Shown here piece by piece: positions 32,745-42,622 of a stretch of 64,000 nucleotides of DNA (within the stretch, counting starts at the first letter, position 1; each line of letters opens with the position of its first letter). The notes under the pieces are model-generated. The model was not told where the DNA came from. It saw only the letters and a list, made by a program, of their open reading frames with translations, and made no database searches. This stretch comes from an uncultured delta proteobacterium (GTDB lineage Bacteria > Desulfobacterota > Binatia > UBA9968), in the NCBI GenBank assembly GCA_963771465.1, contig CAVYTU010000012.1:192001-256000 (forward strand), given 5' to 3'. The position numbers were made by a program, and so were the translations under genes.

Positions 32745-33968
32745 CTAGCCCCATAGTTCTTGGCTCGCCAGCCGCGCTCCTTCGGCCAATGCGTAGAGTT
32801 TAGCGAAAGCGAGACTGGCATCGGGGAGATGGCGCAAGCCGCAATCGGTGCATGCTATGACATTTTCTTTGCCGACAAGTTTGGCGAAACGTACGATGCG
32901 CTCGGCGACGAGTTCGGGATGTTCGATAAAGTACGTGGTGTCGTCGATCACCCCAGGGAAAAGAATTTTGCCGTCGGGCAACCTTATCTCTTGCCAAATC
33001 TTCCATTCATGACCATGACGCGGGTTAGCGGATTCGATGGTGATGCCCGTGACGTTGGCTTTGAGCGCGATATCGATGACGTCGCTCAGCGCGATATCGC
33101 GGTGGTGCGGCCCTTGGTAGTTGCCCCAGCAGACATGGATGCGCACCTGTTCGCGTGGAATCGTCTTCAGCGCATAATTGAGACATTCGACATGTTGTTC
33201 CATGACCTTGCGAAATTGCTTAACGCTCAGGTGGGCGTAGTCCGTGTTGGCGCCGGATGCCAAGTCGGGGCAGTCGAGTTGCAAGACGAATCCGGCATCG
33301 ATGATGGCTTGGTACTCATGGCGCATGACATCGGCTACTGCCTGCATGTAAGTCTCTTCGTTGGGATAGAATTCGTTGCGGAAAAAGCGCACGAAGCAGC
33401 CGGGCGACAGCGCCGACATAAAGACGTCGTGGGGTTGATTCGTCGTGACTGCCGCGGCCAGCCGAGCAACGTCGGTTTCCACCGCGGCAAAATCCTCCCA
33501 GCCTATGGGACCGGTACAGACATAAGCCATGCCGCCGTTATCGTGACCGTTGCTCTGGGCGCGCGCCAGTTCGTGAAACTCGGCGATGTCGGTGCGGTAG
33601 TGGCGCGGCGCGCCTTCGATGTCGCGTCGCACGAGTCCGCTATCGCGCGGCCGGACAATCCCTTGGGCAACGCTCCACGGTTCAGCGCTCTGTGCCCGTG
33701 AGCGCGGTTTTCTTTCCAGACCGCTGACGCGGTGAACGACATAATCATTCCACGCGGTTTTGCTGAGCTCGCCGTCGTTGACGATGTCGATGCCGACTTC
33801 GATTTGGCGCCGTACCGCCGCGCCGATGGCCGTTGTCAGTGTGGAATCGATTACTGCCTGATCGTAGGCCTCGCCGCGGCGCTTGGCTACGAAGGCTTGG
33901 CGAACCAGCGCCGGCAGTGGCAGGCTGCCGGTATGGGTGGTGAGAATACGGTCGGTACTGCGCTTCAT
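32745..33968 (-). CDS. Cobalamin-independent methionine synthase II family protein (single barrel)
   Basis: ILTTHTGSLP, NDGE, LQLDCPDL, Zn ligands HVCWGN...E...DCG. Confidence 0.88.
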   Translation of the reverse strand: MKRSTDRILTTHTGSLPLPALVRQAFVAKRRGEAYDQAVIDSTLTTAIGAAVRRQIEVGIDIVNDGELSKTAWNDYVVHRVSGLERKPRSRAQSAEPWSVAQGIVRPRDSGLVRRDIEGAPRHYRTDIAEFHELARAQSNGHDNGGMAYVCTGPIGWEDFAAVETDVARLAAAVTTNQPHDVFMSALSPGCFVRFFRNEFYPNEETYMQAVADVMRHEYQAIIDAGFVLQLDCPDLASGANTDYAHLSVKQFRKVMEQHVECLNYALKTIPREQVRIHVCWGNYQGPHHRDIALSDVIDIALKANVTGITIESANPRHGHEWKIWQEIRLPDGKILFPGVIDDTTYFIEHPELVAERIVRFAKLVGKENVIACTDCGLRHLPDASLAFAKLYALAEGARLASQELWG

Positions 33969-34178
33969 TGGGAGTTCCTCGCCGTAGATGATGCTACAAG
34001 ATTATGGACTGAGATGTCATTACTATCTTGCGGAGAAAAGGAAAAGGGACAGCCCTACGTTGAGGGAGCTTCCAATGACGAAGGGTCGAAGGACTTGACT
34101 CATCCCGGGAGCGCGATTAAAAAGTCGTTAGTCACGTCACCACGCATTTGCTTCTCAATTGCGGAAAGGAGTCATGTC

Positions 34179-34739
34179 ATGTTTGAAACCGAGCGCTTCA
34201 TCCAGGATTGTCGCGACGGCCTTCGAGAACAAAACACGCACGCCGCGATGCGCGAGATTGTCTCGAGAGCGGTGAGTGAACCCGGCCAGGTTCTCAAGGC
34301 GCTGGGAGAGCCAAAGCTTTCGGGTATTCAGACGCTGTACCGTTCCGATACCTTGACGATTCTCAACGTCCTGTGGGGACCCGGTATGACTTTGTACCCG
34401 CATGATCATCGAATGTGGGCCGTGATTGGGATTTATAGCGGGCGCGAGGACAATTCGTTCTATCACAGGAGCGAAGCTGGTCTCGTTCCCCACGGTGCAA
34501 AAACGCTTGGCCTCAAAGAGACCATTCCTCTCGGTGAAGCGGTTATCCACGCCGTGACTAATCCGCTCGATCAGATCACGGCGGCGATTCACGTCTACGG
34601 CGGCGATTTCTTTTCCGTGCCCCGAAGCGAATGGGACCCGCGGACGTTTCAAGAGCAGCCCTTCGACATCGAGCACGCCCGAGAAGTATTTGCCGAAGCG
34701 AACAAACGCCTCGCCTCTTCAGAAATGGGCTCCAGTTAA
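34179..34739 (+). CDS. Cysteine-dioxygenase-like cupin metalloprotein
   Basis: PHDH.MWAVIGIY.GREDN, IHAVTNP, AIHVYGGD; AAAGGAG RBS. Confidence 0.8.
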   Translation: MFETERFIQDCRDGLREQNTHAAMREIVSRAVSEPGQVLKALGEPKLSGIQTLYRSDTLTILNVLWGPGMTLYPHDHRMWAVIGIYSGREDNSFYHRSEAGLVPHGAKTLGLKETIPLGEAVIHAVTNPLDQITAAIHVYGGDFFSVPRSEWDPRTFQEQPFDIEHAREVFAEANKRLASSEMGSS

Positions 34740-34839
34740 CGCATCACGCCGGCTCTTGTGCAAGCGCTGCCGATACGTTGTCTTCTTCTTGGAAACTGCT
34801 GTCGCAGTGAGTATCTCCTAGGCGGAGGTGTATTGCTAA

Positions 34840-36060
34840 ATGCTCCCTCAAGAACACAACGAGCTTTTGACCAGGACCGCGGCAGCCACTCCCATGGGGA
34901 AGCTGATTCGGCGTTACTGGATTCCCGCGCTGTTATCCGACGAAATCCCGGAGCCTGATTGCCCGCCGGTGCGGGTTCACATCTTAAGCGAGAGGCTGGT
35001 CGCGTTCCGCGACAGTCAGGGACGCGTTGGTTTGTTGGAGGAGCACTGTTCGCATCGCGGCACGTCGCTATTTTTCGGGCGCAACGAGGAATGCGGCCTC
35101 AGGTGCATTTATCACGGCTGGAAATACGACATGGAAGGTAACGTGCTCGACACGCCGGCGGAACCGGCCGGTAGCGACTTCAAGAGCAAGCTTAAGCATG
35201 TGGCTTATCCGACGATGGAAGCGGCGGGAATCGTCTTTGCCTACCTGGGGCCGCGGGACAAGATGCCGCTGTTCCCGAACTACGAATGGACGCTGTTGCC
35301 GAAGGAGCAGACCTATGTGACCAAGGGTTTATTGGAGTGCAATTATTTGCAAGGGCTTGAAGGCGAATGCGATTCCTCGCACCTGTCGTTTTTGCATCGC
35401 GAGTTCACCGCTTTGGGCCGCCGCCAACTCTTCGCTTTGGACTCTGCGCCCGCGTACGAAACCGAGGAGACCGACTTCGGTGTGCGCTTGATCGCGACGC
35501 GCAACGCAGGCCTCGACACCCAGTACGTGCGGGTGTCGAGCTTCGTCATGCCGATCGCTTGCTGGGTGCCGGCGCGCAACCGGGAGACGCACATTTATGT
35601 TCCCGTCGATGATCAACACGCGTGGCGTTACGATCTCGGCTTTCTGCGCGACCGCAAGCCGACGGTAGAAGATTGGAATCGCAAAAGCCAAATAGGCCCC
35701 GACTATCGCCGGCTCCGAAACCTACAAAACAATTATCTCCAAGATCGCCAGCGTCAGGCGACCACGGATTACACCGGCATCGAAAACTTTCTCAACCATG
35801 ACGGCTGCGCCACCGAATCCATGGGGCCGATCTTTGATCGCTCGCAGGAGCACTTGGGCGTGAGCGACAAGGCGGTGATCGCCGTGCGCAAATTCCTGAT
35901 CAATGCGGTCAAGCAGTTTGAGGAGGGTCAAGAACCGCCGCACATCGTGCGCGATCCGGCGCAAAATAGCTTTTCGCACATCGACACGTTCGCGCAAACG
36001 ATCCCCGCAAGCGTTCACTGGCGCGATCGTTTCGGTCATCTGAAGTTATCGGCGGCGTGA
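34840..36060 (+). CDS. Rieske non-heme iron oxygenase alpha subunit (phthalate 4,5-dioxygenase/LigX-like)
   Basis: CSHRG...CIYHGW; DSSHLSFLH; ESMGPI.DRS.EHLG.SD. Confidence 0.9.
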   Translation: MLPQEHNELLTRTAAATPMGKLIRRYWIPALLSDEIPEPDCPPVRVHILSERLVAFRDSQGRVGLLEEHCSHRGTSLFFGRNEECGLRCIYHGWKYDMEGNVLDTPAEPAGSDFKSKLKHVAYPTMEAAGIVFAYLGPRDKMPLFPNYEWTLLPKEQTYVTKGLLECNYLQGLEGECDSSHLSFLHREFTALGRRQLFALDSAPAYETEETDFGVRLIATRNAGLDTQYVRVSSFVMPIACWVPARNRETHIYVPVDDQHAWRYDLGFLRDRKPTVEDWNRKSQIGPDYRRLRNLQNNYLQDRQRQATTDYTGIENFLNHDGCATESMGPIFDRSQEHLGVSDKAVIAVRKFLINAVKQFEEGQEPPHIVRDPAQNSFSHIDTFAQTIPASVHWRDRFGHLKLSAA

Positions 36061-36077
36061 AGCGGTAGCGCGCGCGA

Positions 36078-37070
36078 TTACACGCCTTCGTCGTAGGGCA
36101 CTTCGGCGAGCTGATCCATCGCCGATGTCGTGTCGTCGTTCCACATTTGCAGAAGTTTCTTGGCAATCGGTCCGGGTTTGCCGTCGCCGATCTTTTGTCC
36201 GTCCCATTCGACCACCGGCGCGACTTTGATCGAGCTGCCGATCAGCATCATCTCGGCTGCGGCGCGCCCTTCGTCGACTGGAACATCGGCGAGGCGCACC
36301 GCGTCGAGCACGCCTTGTTGCACGAGCCGCTGGGCGAAATCGAGAACTCGCTGGACCGTGATCCCCGACAGGATCGCGTCAAAGGGTGGATGGCGGAATA
36401 CGCGATCTTTGGTGACGAAGGCCACGTTCATGATGGCGCTTTCCGCTACCATGCCGCGCTGGTCGACAAAAACACCGTTGTCGGCGCCGCGGTCTTTGGC
36501 TTCCAACACGACGAGCACGTTGGGCAGATAATTGGTCGACTTGATGCGGGCGAAGAGCGGCGGCTTGATCGGCACCCGGCTGGTGACGAGCTTGACGCCC
36601 TGCTGATAATAACGCTCCGGGTAAGCTTCCGGCTTGAAGACGATCACGTAGAAGCTGCTGCCGACGCATTCGGCGGGACCGATACCGTAGCCGCCGGGAC
36701 CGGCGGATAACCAGTAGCGCACCGAGCCTTCGCGCCGCCGGCTCGCCGCCGCGGTTGCCAAAATGATCTGGCGCAATTGTTGGCGCGAAAACGGCAACGC
36801 AATGCGCGCGCCTTCGGCAGATTTGAGCAAGCGATCCAGGTGTGGGTCGAGCTGATAGAGCATTCCATGCGTGAGCGCCGCCGTGTCGAAGACCGCGTGG
36901 CCGCGGTGCACCATGTGGTCGTCGAGCGGCAACACCATGAACGCAGGGTCGGTGACGATGCCGCCAAGGACGCTCGAGTACATCGCATAGAAATTCGCCG
37001 CTTTGTCGTGGATGGATCGCCGCAAAGCCGCAATCGCTTCGTCGGCGGTAAATATCGGGATTGTCGACAT
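36078..37070 (-). CDS. Class IV PLP aminotransferase, plant DAAT/ADC-lyase-like
   Basis: LDDHMVHRGHAVFDT, HLDRL, KSTNYL (PLP Lys), ILSGIT. Confidence 0.9.
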   Translation of the reverse strand: MSTIPIFTADEAIAALRRSIHDKAANFYAMYSSVLGGIVTDPAFMVLPLDDHMVHRGHAVFDTAALTHGMLYQLDPHLDRLLKSAEGARIALPFSRQQLRQIILATAAASRRREGSVRYWLSAGPGGYGIGPAECVGSSFYVIVFKPEAYPERYYQQGVKLVTSRVPIKPPLFARIKSTNYLPNVLVVLEAKDRGADNGVFVDQRGMVAESAIMNVAFVTKDRVFRHPPFDAILSGITVQRVLDFAQRLVQQGVLDAVRLADVPVDEGRAAAEMMLIGSSIKVAPVVEWDGQKIGDGKPGPIAKKLLQMWNDDTTSAMDQLAEVPYDEGV

Positions 37071-37138
37071 GACTTAATATTCGCTTTCGTCGTGAATTCA
37101 GCTCAGCTCCATGGCTTCCGAGCAGCCGATGATTGGTT

Positions 37139-38221
37139 CTAGTCTCTAATATCCTGCAAAAACCAACTCGTGGGAATCTCCTGTCCAAGCCCACGCTTCT
37201 TGGCTTCGCGCACGACGTAGCCGGCGGTGGCGGCGAACTGCAATCCCTGCGTGCCGCTGTTGGCGAAGAAGCTCACTTGCTTATTGTCGGTGCGGCCGGG
37301 AATCTTGCCGGACATCACGTCGGTTAACAGCGGATAGTCTTTGGAAAAGATGTCGACCTTTGGGTTGGCGATGCGTTTGATCTCTTCGGCGTTGCCGGCG
37401 ACTACCGCAGCCTCGCCGCCGATGCGAATCTGGCCGACGTCGAGATTCAAAGTCGGCCGCCCCATGCGAATCACCAGATCTGAGTTCTGGACAATTTCCG
37501 GCGCCCACTCGTTGGCCTTGACGCAGGTCAGGTGCATGCCGGACTCGATCAGTTCGGGGTCGCTGACAAGAACCTGGATCGAATCGGTGCAGGTGGCGAC
37601 GATATCCGAGCCGCGCAGAACTTCTTCGGGGCGCTCTACCGGGATGATTTCGACCGCTAATTTCTTGCTCATCTCGTCGGCGTAAGTCTCGCGATGCTTT
37701 TTTGTCGGACTGTAGACTTTTACTTTTTTGAGCTTGCGGACTTCGTTGAACGCGAGCAGGTAGGTGCGTGCCATGCCGCCCGAGCCGAAGATGCCAACCG
37801 TGCTGGAGTCTTCGCGGGAAAGATATTTTACGCCGAGACCGGCGCAGGCGCCGACGCGCATATGTTGGATGATGCCGTCGTTGATGATTGCCAGCGGCTC
37901 GCCGTTGCGGGTGGAGAAAACCATGACAAAGCCACAGAAGGTGCCGGGCTCGACGCAATATTTTTCCACGGTCTGGCCGTCGGGCCACTCGAGCATGTCT
38001 GACTTCATCCGAATCGCGAAGGTTTCGAAGGAACGCGAGGCGCCTTCCATGGTGCCCCAACGGTACATTAACTTGGGATCGTCGCTGGGGACGAAAAAGT
38101 CGTAGCGGCCGCGATAGGAAGCGCGCTCATTGACCAGGTCGCGATAGCCGATATCGAGCGCTTCGATGCAGCTTTTCATGTCGAGTATCTGCGCGACGAC
38201 CTGATTGTTGATGAGCAGCAT
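37139..38221 (-). CDS. Ornithine cyclodeaminase/mu-crystallin family protein
   Basis: GEPLAII, GIFGSGGMA, SDIVATCT, PGRTD. Confidence 0.87.
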   Translation of the reverse strand: MLLINNQVVAQILDMKSCIEALDIGYRDLVNERASYRGRYDFFVPSDDPKLMYRWGTMEGASRSFETFAIRMKSDMLEWPDGQTVEKYCVEPGTFCGFVMVFSTRNGEPLAIINDGIIQHMRVGACAGLGVKYLSREDSSTVGIFGSGGMARTYLLAFNEVRKLKKVKVYSPTKKHRETYADEMSKKLAVEIIPVERPEEVLRGSDIVATCTDSIQVLVSDPELIESGMHLTCVKANEWAPEIVQNSDLVIRMGRPTLNLDVGQIRIGGEAAVVAGNAEEIKRIANPKVDIFSKDYPLLTDVMSGKIPGRTDNKQVSFFANSGTQGLQFAATAGYVVREAKKRGLGQEIPTSWFLQDIRD

Positions 38222-38346
38222 GACTTGCCTCCAGAAAATCGGGCTGCCAAATCTATTTCGTAGACGCCCGTCGAATGCAAGCGGTGAAAATAAAAAGCGC
38301 CGCACGGTGGCGGCGCTGGCGCTGCAACAATTCTAAAATGGGCGGT

Positions 38347-38790
38347 TTAACTATCCAGCTCGGGTTTCGGCAAGGCGACGAAGGGCACGCCGTCCTCGGC
38401 AAGCTCTTTGGTCTCTTTGACCGTTGCCGTGCCGTGAATCGGCCGCTCGGCGGCGTCGCCTTTGTGAATCTGGCGCGCTTCTTCGGCGAATCGTGGGCCG
38501 ACATCTTCGAAGTTCTGCTTGACGTAATGGTGTACCTGAATCAGCATTTCTTTAAATTCCGCCGCGGTCGGCGGCGCCGCAGGGGTTTGCTTGGGTTTTT
38601 TCGCAGGCGGCGTGGCCTGCTCTTTCTTTACATGCACAGCGCATGCGTGGGGCACTTTTTCGACTTTGGTAGTGCCGCAGCTCGGACAGGAGATGAGTTT
38701 CTTGTCGGCCTGCTTCTGATAATCTTCGAAACTGGGAAACCAGCCTTCGAAGCTATGCTTCTTTCTACAGACGAGGTTGTAAATCACCAT
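38347..38790 (-). CDS. DUF1178 family zinc-ribbon protein
   Basis: C...HSFEGWF, CPSCG, EDVG.RFAEEARQIH.G. Confidence 0.88.
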   Translation of the reverse strand: MVIYNLVCRKKHSFEGWFPSFEDYQKQADKKLISCPSCGTTKVEKVPHACAVHVKKEQATPPAKKPKQTPAAPPTAAEFKEMLIQVHHYVKQNFEDVGPRFAEEARQIHKGDAAERPIHGTATVKETKELAEDGVPFVALPKPELDS

Positions 38791-38931
38791 AGGACACCTG
38801 GATGTATTGAATAAGGGCGCAAGGCCGTCTTGTCAAGGGCGAGGCGCCGAGCGCGCCCGGGATACTGCCAGGAATTCGCTTACATTCCAGAAAGTTTGCT
38901 GGCGGCGGTGCTCATGCTAAGATCGCTCACG

Positions 38932-40092
38932 ATGGCTGAGGATCTTACTCTACGAGTGATTCGTAAGGCGGCGGAGATTTCCCGTGAACGGTGGGATGCT
39001 TTGGTCGGCAATGCCACGCCGTTCGTGAAATGGGATTGGCTCGATAGCTTGGAGCAGTCGGGCTGCGTCAACGAAGCGACCGGCTGGTTGCCGCATCATA
39101 TCGTGGTCGAAAAAGGCGGCCAATTGGTGGCCGCTTGTCCGATGTATTTGAAGCTTCATAGCATGGGCGAATTCGTCTTCGACTACGAATGGGCCGAGGC
39201 GGCGCAGCGCACGGGCATCCAATACTATCCCAAAATGTTGGTCGGCGTGCCGTTCACGCCGGTGACCGGCCATCGGTTTCTCACCGCTGCGGGGGAGGAG
39301 CGCACGCCCTTGATTCAGTTCATGGGCCAGGCGCTGGCGAAAATCGCCGTCGACAATAAAATTTCTTCCGTGCATGTGAACTTCTGTTTGGCTGACGAGC
39401 GCGAGGCGTTGGCGGCGGTGGGATTTTTCCCGCGCAACGGTATTCAGTACCAATGGCAGAATCGCAGTTTTACTTCCTTCGACGATTATCTGGCCAGCTT
39501 TCGCAGCGACCGGCGCAATAAAGTGAAGCGCGAGCGGCGCGAAATGAGCCTGCGCGGTATCACGATTCGCGCTTATGAAGGCGCCGAGCTAACGCAGAAT
39601 CATTTGCGCACCATGTTTCGGCTCTACAAAGGCCATGTCGACCGGCTGTACTATGGCCGCCAGTATCTCACCCGAGAGTTCTTCGACGATCTGCACAAGC
39701 GTTTTGCCGCGCATCTTTGCCTGATGCTCGCCGAGCGCGACGGCAAGTTTATCGCCGGCACGTTCAACGTGCGCGACGACACGGCGATGTACGGGCGCTA
39801 TTGGGGCTGCTTCGAAGAACATCCGTTCCTCCATTTCAACGTCTGTTATTATTCCGCCATCGAGCATTCAATAAAATTAGGCTTAGACCGCTTCGAAGCC
39901 GGCGCCGGCGGCAGTTTTAAACAATTGCGCGGCTTGGATCCGGAGCATACCACCAGCGTGCACTATATCGTCGACGGAAAATTTCGCCGCGCCGTGGAGC
40001 GGTTTCTCGACCAAGAGCGCGAGATGATTCGGCGCAAGCGCGAGTTACAGCTCGAACATAGCCAGCTCAAACGCGAGCAAGAAGAGCCGTAA
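38932..40092 (+). CDS. GNAT/FemAB-like acyltransferase (DUF482)
   Basis: HSMGEFVFD, YYPK..VGVPFTPVTG, YGRYWG, FEAGAGG. Confidence 0.88.
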   Translation: MAEDLTLRVIRKAAEISRERWDALVGNATPFVKWDWLDSLEQSGCVNEATGWLPHHIVVEKGGQLVAACPMYLKLHSMGEFVFDYEWAEAAQRTGIQYYPKMLVGVPFTPVTGHRFLTAAGEERTPLIQFMGQALAKIAVDNKISSVHVNFCLADEREALAAVGFFPRNGIQYQWQNRSFTSFDDYLASFRSDRRNKVKRERREMSLRGITIRAYEGAELTQNHLRTMFRLYKGHVDRLYYGRQYLTREFFDDLHKRFAAHLCLMLAERDGKFIAGTFNVRDDTAMYGRYWGCFEEHPFLHFNVCYYSAIEHSIKLGLDRFEAGAGGSFKQLRGLDPEHTTSVHYIVDGKFRRAVERFLDQEREMIRRKRELQLEHSQLKREQEEP

Positions 40093-40119
40093 TCCCGGAT
40101 TCCCAGTTAAAATTGAAGC

Positions 40120-40300
40120 GCCGAGTGAGACGCGATCCTTCCGTAGTGAAGACAATGGGCCTGTGCCTCTGAGCAGGCAACCGACATATTGCCCGCGAGC
40201 AATCCCCAGAGCCTTTGGAACTTCTTGCCAGACTAGGCAAATGACTTTGCAACGGCAGCGTTGGGTGTCTTCACTACTCCAGGATCGCCTCTCACTCGGC
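40120..40300 (-). ncRNA. Candidate structured ncRNA, copy 1 (rod with central bubble), 3' of mgtE
   Basis: About 30 bp closing stem with a GGA/GGA internal loop plus an inner arm; homologous to 48568-48759 (32-nt identical block); strand not certain. Confidence 0.55.
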
Positions 40301-40344
40301 CGCGCAATTACTCAAACTGTGAAATCTGGTCTAACCCGCGACCA

Positions 40345-41658
40345 TTACAACAACGTGCCGCGCAGAATCACCGCGGCGACGGTGAAATAGATCACCAGTC
40401 CGGTGACGTCCACCAGGGTGGCGACAAACGGCGCCGACGCGCTGGCGGGATCGAAGCCCAAGCAGCGCAGGATGAACGGCAGAACCGAGCCCATCAAACA
40501 TCCCCATAGAACCACGCCGACCAGACTCAACGCCACGGTCAGGGCGACTAAAAAATAGTGATCGCCGTAAGAATCGAACAAGAACTGCCAGAGCAGTATA
40601 CGAACCAGACCGATGGTGGCGAGTATCGCTCCGAGCGCTAGCCCCGTGGCGAATTCACGGCGCACCACCCGCCACCAGTCGCGAATACGCACCTCGCCCA
40701 GCGCCATGGCACGGATTACCAAAGTGGTCGCTTGGGAGCCGGAATTGCCGCCGCTGCTGATAATCAGCGGCACGAAGAGCGCAAGAATCACCGCGCGGGC
40801 GATCTCCGCTTCGAAATATCCCATGGCGGTGGCCGTCAACATCTCGCCGAGAAAGAGCGCGGCGAGCCAGCCGGCCCGCTTGCGGATCATGCGCAGGAGA
40901 GAAACCTGCAGGTACGGCGCGTCGAGAGACTCGGCGCCGCCGATCTTGTGAATATCTTCGGTGGCTTCTTCTTGGACGACATCGACGATATCGTCGACGC
41001 TGACAATGCCTTTGATGCGCCCCTGTGGATCGACGACGGGAATCATCAACAAGTGGTGGCGCATGAACAACTTGCTCAAAGCTTCCTGGTCCATATCTTC
41101 GGCCGCCGAAATCACCTCGGTGCGCATGACTTCGCGAATCAACTTGTCGGCCGGGGCAATGATCAAATCGCGAAAGGTGATGACGCCGAGCAATCGTTCT
41201 TCAGGGTCAACGACGTAGGCATAAAAGGTCGTTCTCTGCCGCGTTTGAGCGTCCCGGCGTAGATAACTGATCGCCTCGCCAACGGTCATGTCGGGGCGAA
41301 GCCGGGAGTAGCGGGTGTTCATCAAGCCGCCGGCGTCGTCTTCGGCATAATCGAGCAGCCCTTTGACTTCCCTCTGGGTGACTTCGTCCAATAATACTAG
41401 TACTTCAGCGCGCGCGTTTGCCGGCGCTTCTTGGATCAGATCCGCCGCGTCGTCGGGTGCCAGCAGCCGCATCCACAGTCGCCGCTCACCCGGCGGTAGT
41501 TCGAGCACCAGGCCGGCTCGATCATGAACATTCAATTGCAGAAAAAACGACTCGGCGTCGTTTCGTTGCAGGGACTCGAAGCCCTCGACTCGTTCCGTTT
41601 CTGAGAGGACCGGCCAGGCGTCGTATAATTCCGCCGCTGTAAAATTGTTCTGGGCCAT
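40345..41658 (-). CDS. mgtE: Magnesium transporter MgtE (paralog 1)
   Basis: N domain, CBS pair, KRAGWL, SSGGNSGSQ, DPA.ASAPFVATLVD. Confidence 0.95.
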   Translation of the reverse strand: MAQNNFTAAELYDAWPVLSETERVEGFESLQRNDAESFFLQLNVHDRAGLVLELPPGERRLWMRLLAPDDAADLIQEAPANARAEVLVLLDEVTQREVKGLLDYAEDDAGGLMNTRYSRLRPDMTVGEAISYLRRDAQTRQRTTFYAYVVDPEERLLGVITFRDLIIAPADKLIREVMRTEVISAAEDMDQEALSKLFMRHHLLMIPVVDPQGRIKGIVSVDDIVDVVQEEATEDIHKIGGAESLDAPYLQVSLLRMIRKRAGWLAALFLGEMLTATAMGYFEAEIARAVILALFVPLIISSGGNSGSQATTLVIRAMALGEVRIRDWWRVVRREFATGLALGAILATIGLVRILLWQFLFDSYGDHYFLVALTVALSLVGVVLWGCLMGSVLPFILRCLGFDPASASAPFVATLVDVTGLVIYFTVAAVILRGTLL

Positions 41659-41778
41659 GACACTCTGTCCTTTCACGATCGTGGCTTTCATTCCTAACAC
41701 AACGATGGGCTCGTGCAATTCAGCGCGATTCCCCTGTCCTCATCGGCGGTCAATTTGCTCATCGGCGCGAGCAATTTC

Positions 41779-41807
41779 TTGACTCCACCCAGGCTTTCCA
41801 TTAACGT
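41779..41807 (+). promoter_or_regulatory. Putative sigma70 promoter of the ABC operon
   Basis: TTGACT-17 bp-TAACGT. Confidence 0.35.
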
Positions 41808-41824
41808 CGGCGCGGAGTACAGCC

Positions 41825-42601
41825 GTGAAATCTTCTTGGAAAAACGCCGCTGAGCCCGTGCTCTTCTTTCTCGCCTTGTTAGTGCTGTGGGAAATTCTCG
41901 TTGAAGTGATCAAGGTGCCGGCGTTTATTTTGCCGCCGCCGCGCGATCTATGGACGGCATTTTTTAAGAAGCTGCCGATCCTCGGCAACCACGCTTTGAT
42001 CACCTTCATCGAAGCCTTTGGCGGTTTCGTCTTGTCGTTGGTCTTGGGTGTCGGCTTCGCCATCTCGGTCGTTTATTCGCGCCATCTTCAGAACACCGTC
42101 TATCCACTCATCGTAATTCTTTACGCCATGCCGAAAAGCGCCTTCGCGCCGCTCATGGTGATCTGGGTGGGTTACGGCCTGTTTTCCAAGATTGCCATCG
42201 CCTTTCTCGTGGCGTTTTTTCCGATCGTCGTCAACACGGTGGTTGGACTGAAGGAAGTCGAGCCTGAGCTGTTGGAGTTGGCGCGCATCAACCGCGGTTC
42301 GGCGTGGGATGTCTTCAAAAAAATTCGCTTACCCAATTCGCTGCCTTACATGTTTGCCGGTATCAAAGTGGCGATCGTGTTGTCCGTTACCGGCGCCATC
42401 GTCGCCGAGTTCGTCGCGGCCAACGAAGGGCTTGGCTACCTGGTCTTGCAAGCCAACTACAGTTTGGACACGGCCTTCGCGCTGGTGATCCTGCTGATTC
42501 TCGCGGTCTTGTCCTTGGCGCTGTTTTGGCTCGCCGAGATGTTACAGCGCAAATTGGCGCCGTGGAGCGCAGCGGTACGCGAGGTCGAAGGCTCGTTCTA
42601 A
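41825..42601 (+). CDS. ABC transporter permease (NitT/TauT)
   Basis: PKSAFAPL, LPNSLPY, AEFVAANEGLG. Confidence 0.9.
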   Translation: MKSSWKNAAEPVLFFLALLVLWEILVEVIKVPAFILPPPRDLWTAFFKKLPILGNHALITFIEAFGGFVLSLVLGVGFAISVVYSRHLQNTVYPLIVILYAMPKSAFAPLMVIWVGYGLFSKIAIAFLVAFFPIVVNTVVGLKEVEPELLELARINRGSAWDVFKKIRLPNSLPYMFAGIKVAIVLSVTGAIVAEFVAANEGLGYLVLQANYSLDTAFALVILLILAVLSLALFWLAEMLQRKLAPWSAAVREVEGSF

Positions 42602-42622
42602 TTTTTTTGCTGGGGAGGTTGC

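Noticed and set aside
33732-34178. N-terminal extension of the CDO-like ORF (likewise 54459-55097 for the glutaredoxin)
   Set aside because: The extensions overlap other genes; better starts exist at 34179 (RBS) and 55098 (GTGA overlap).
40120-40300. Protein-coding interpretation of the duplicated element (ORFs 40163-40390, 40261-40509, 40067-40252)
   Set aside because: Differences between the two copies are non-synonymous and shift frame in the middle; conservation follows base-pairing, not codons.
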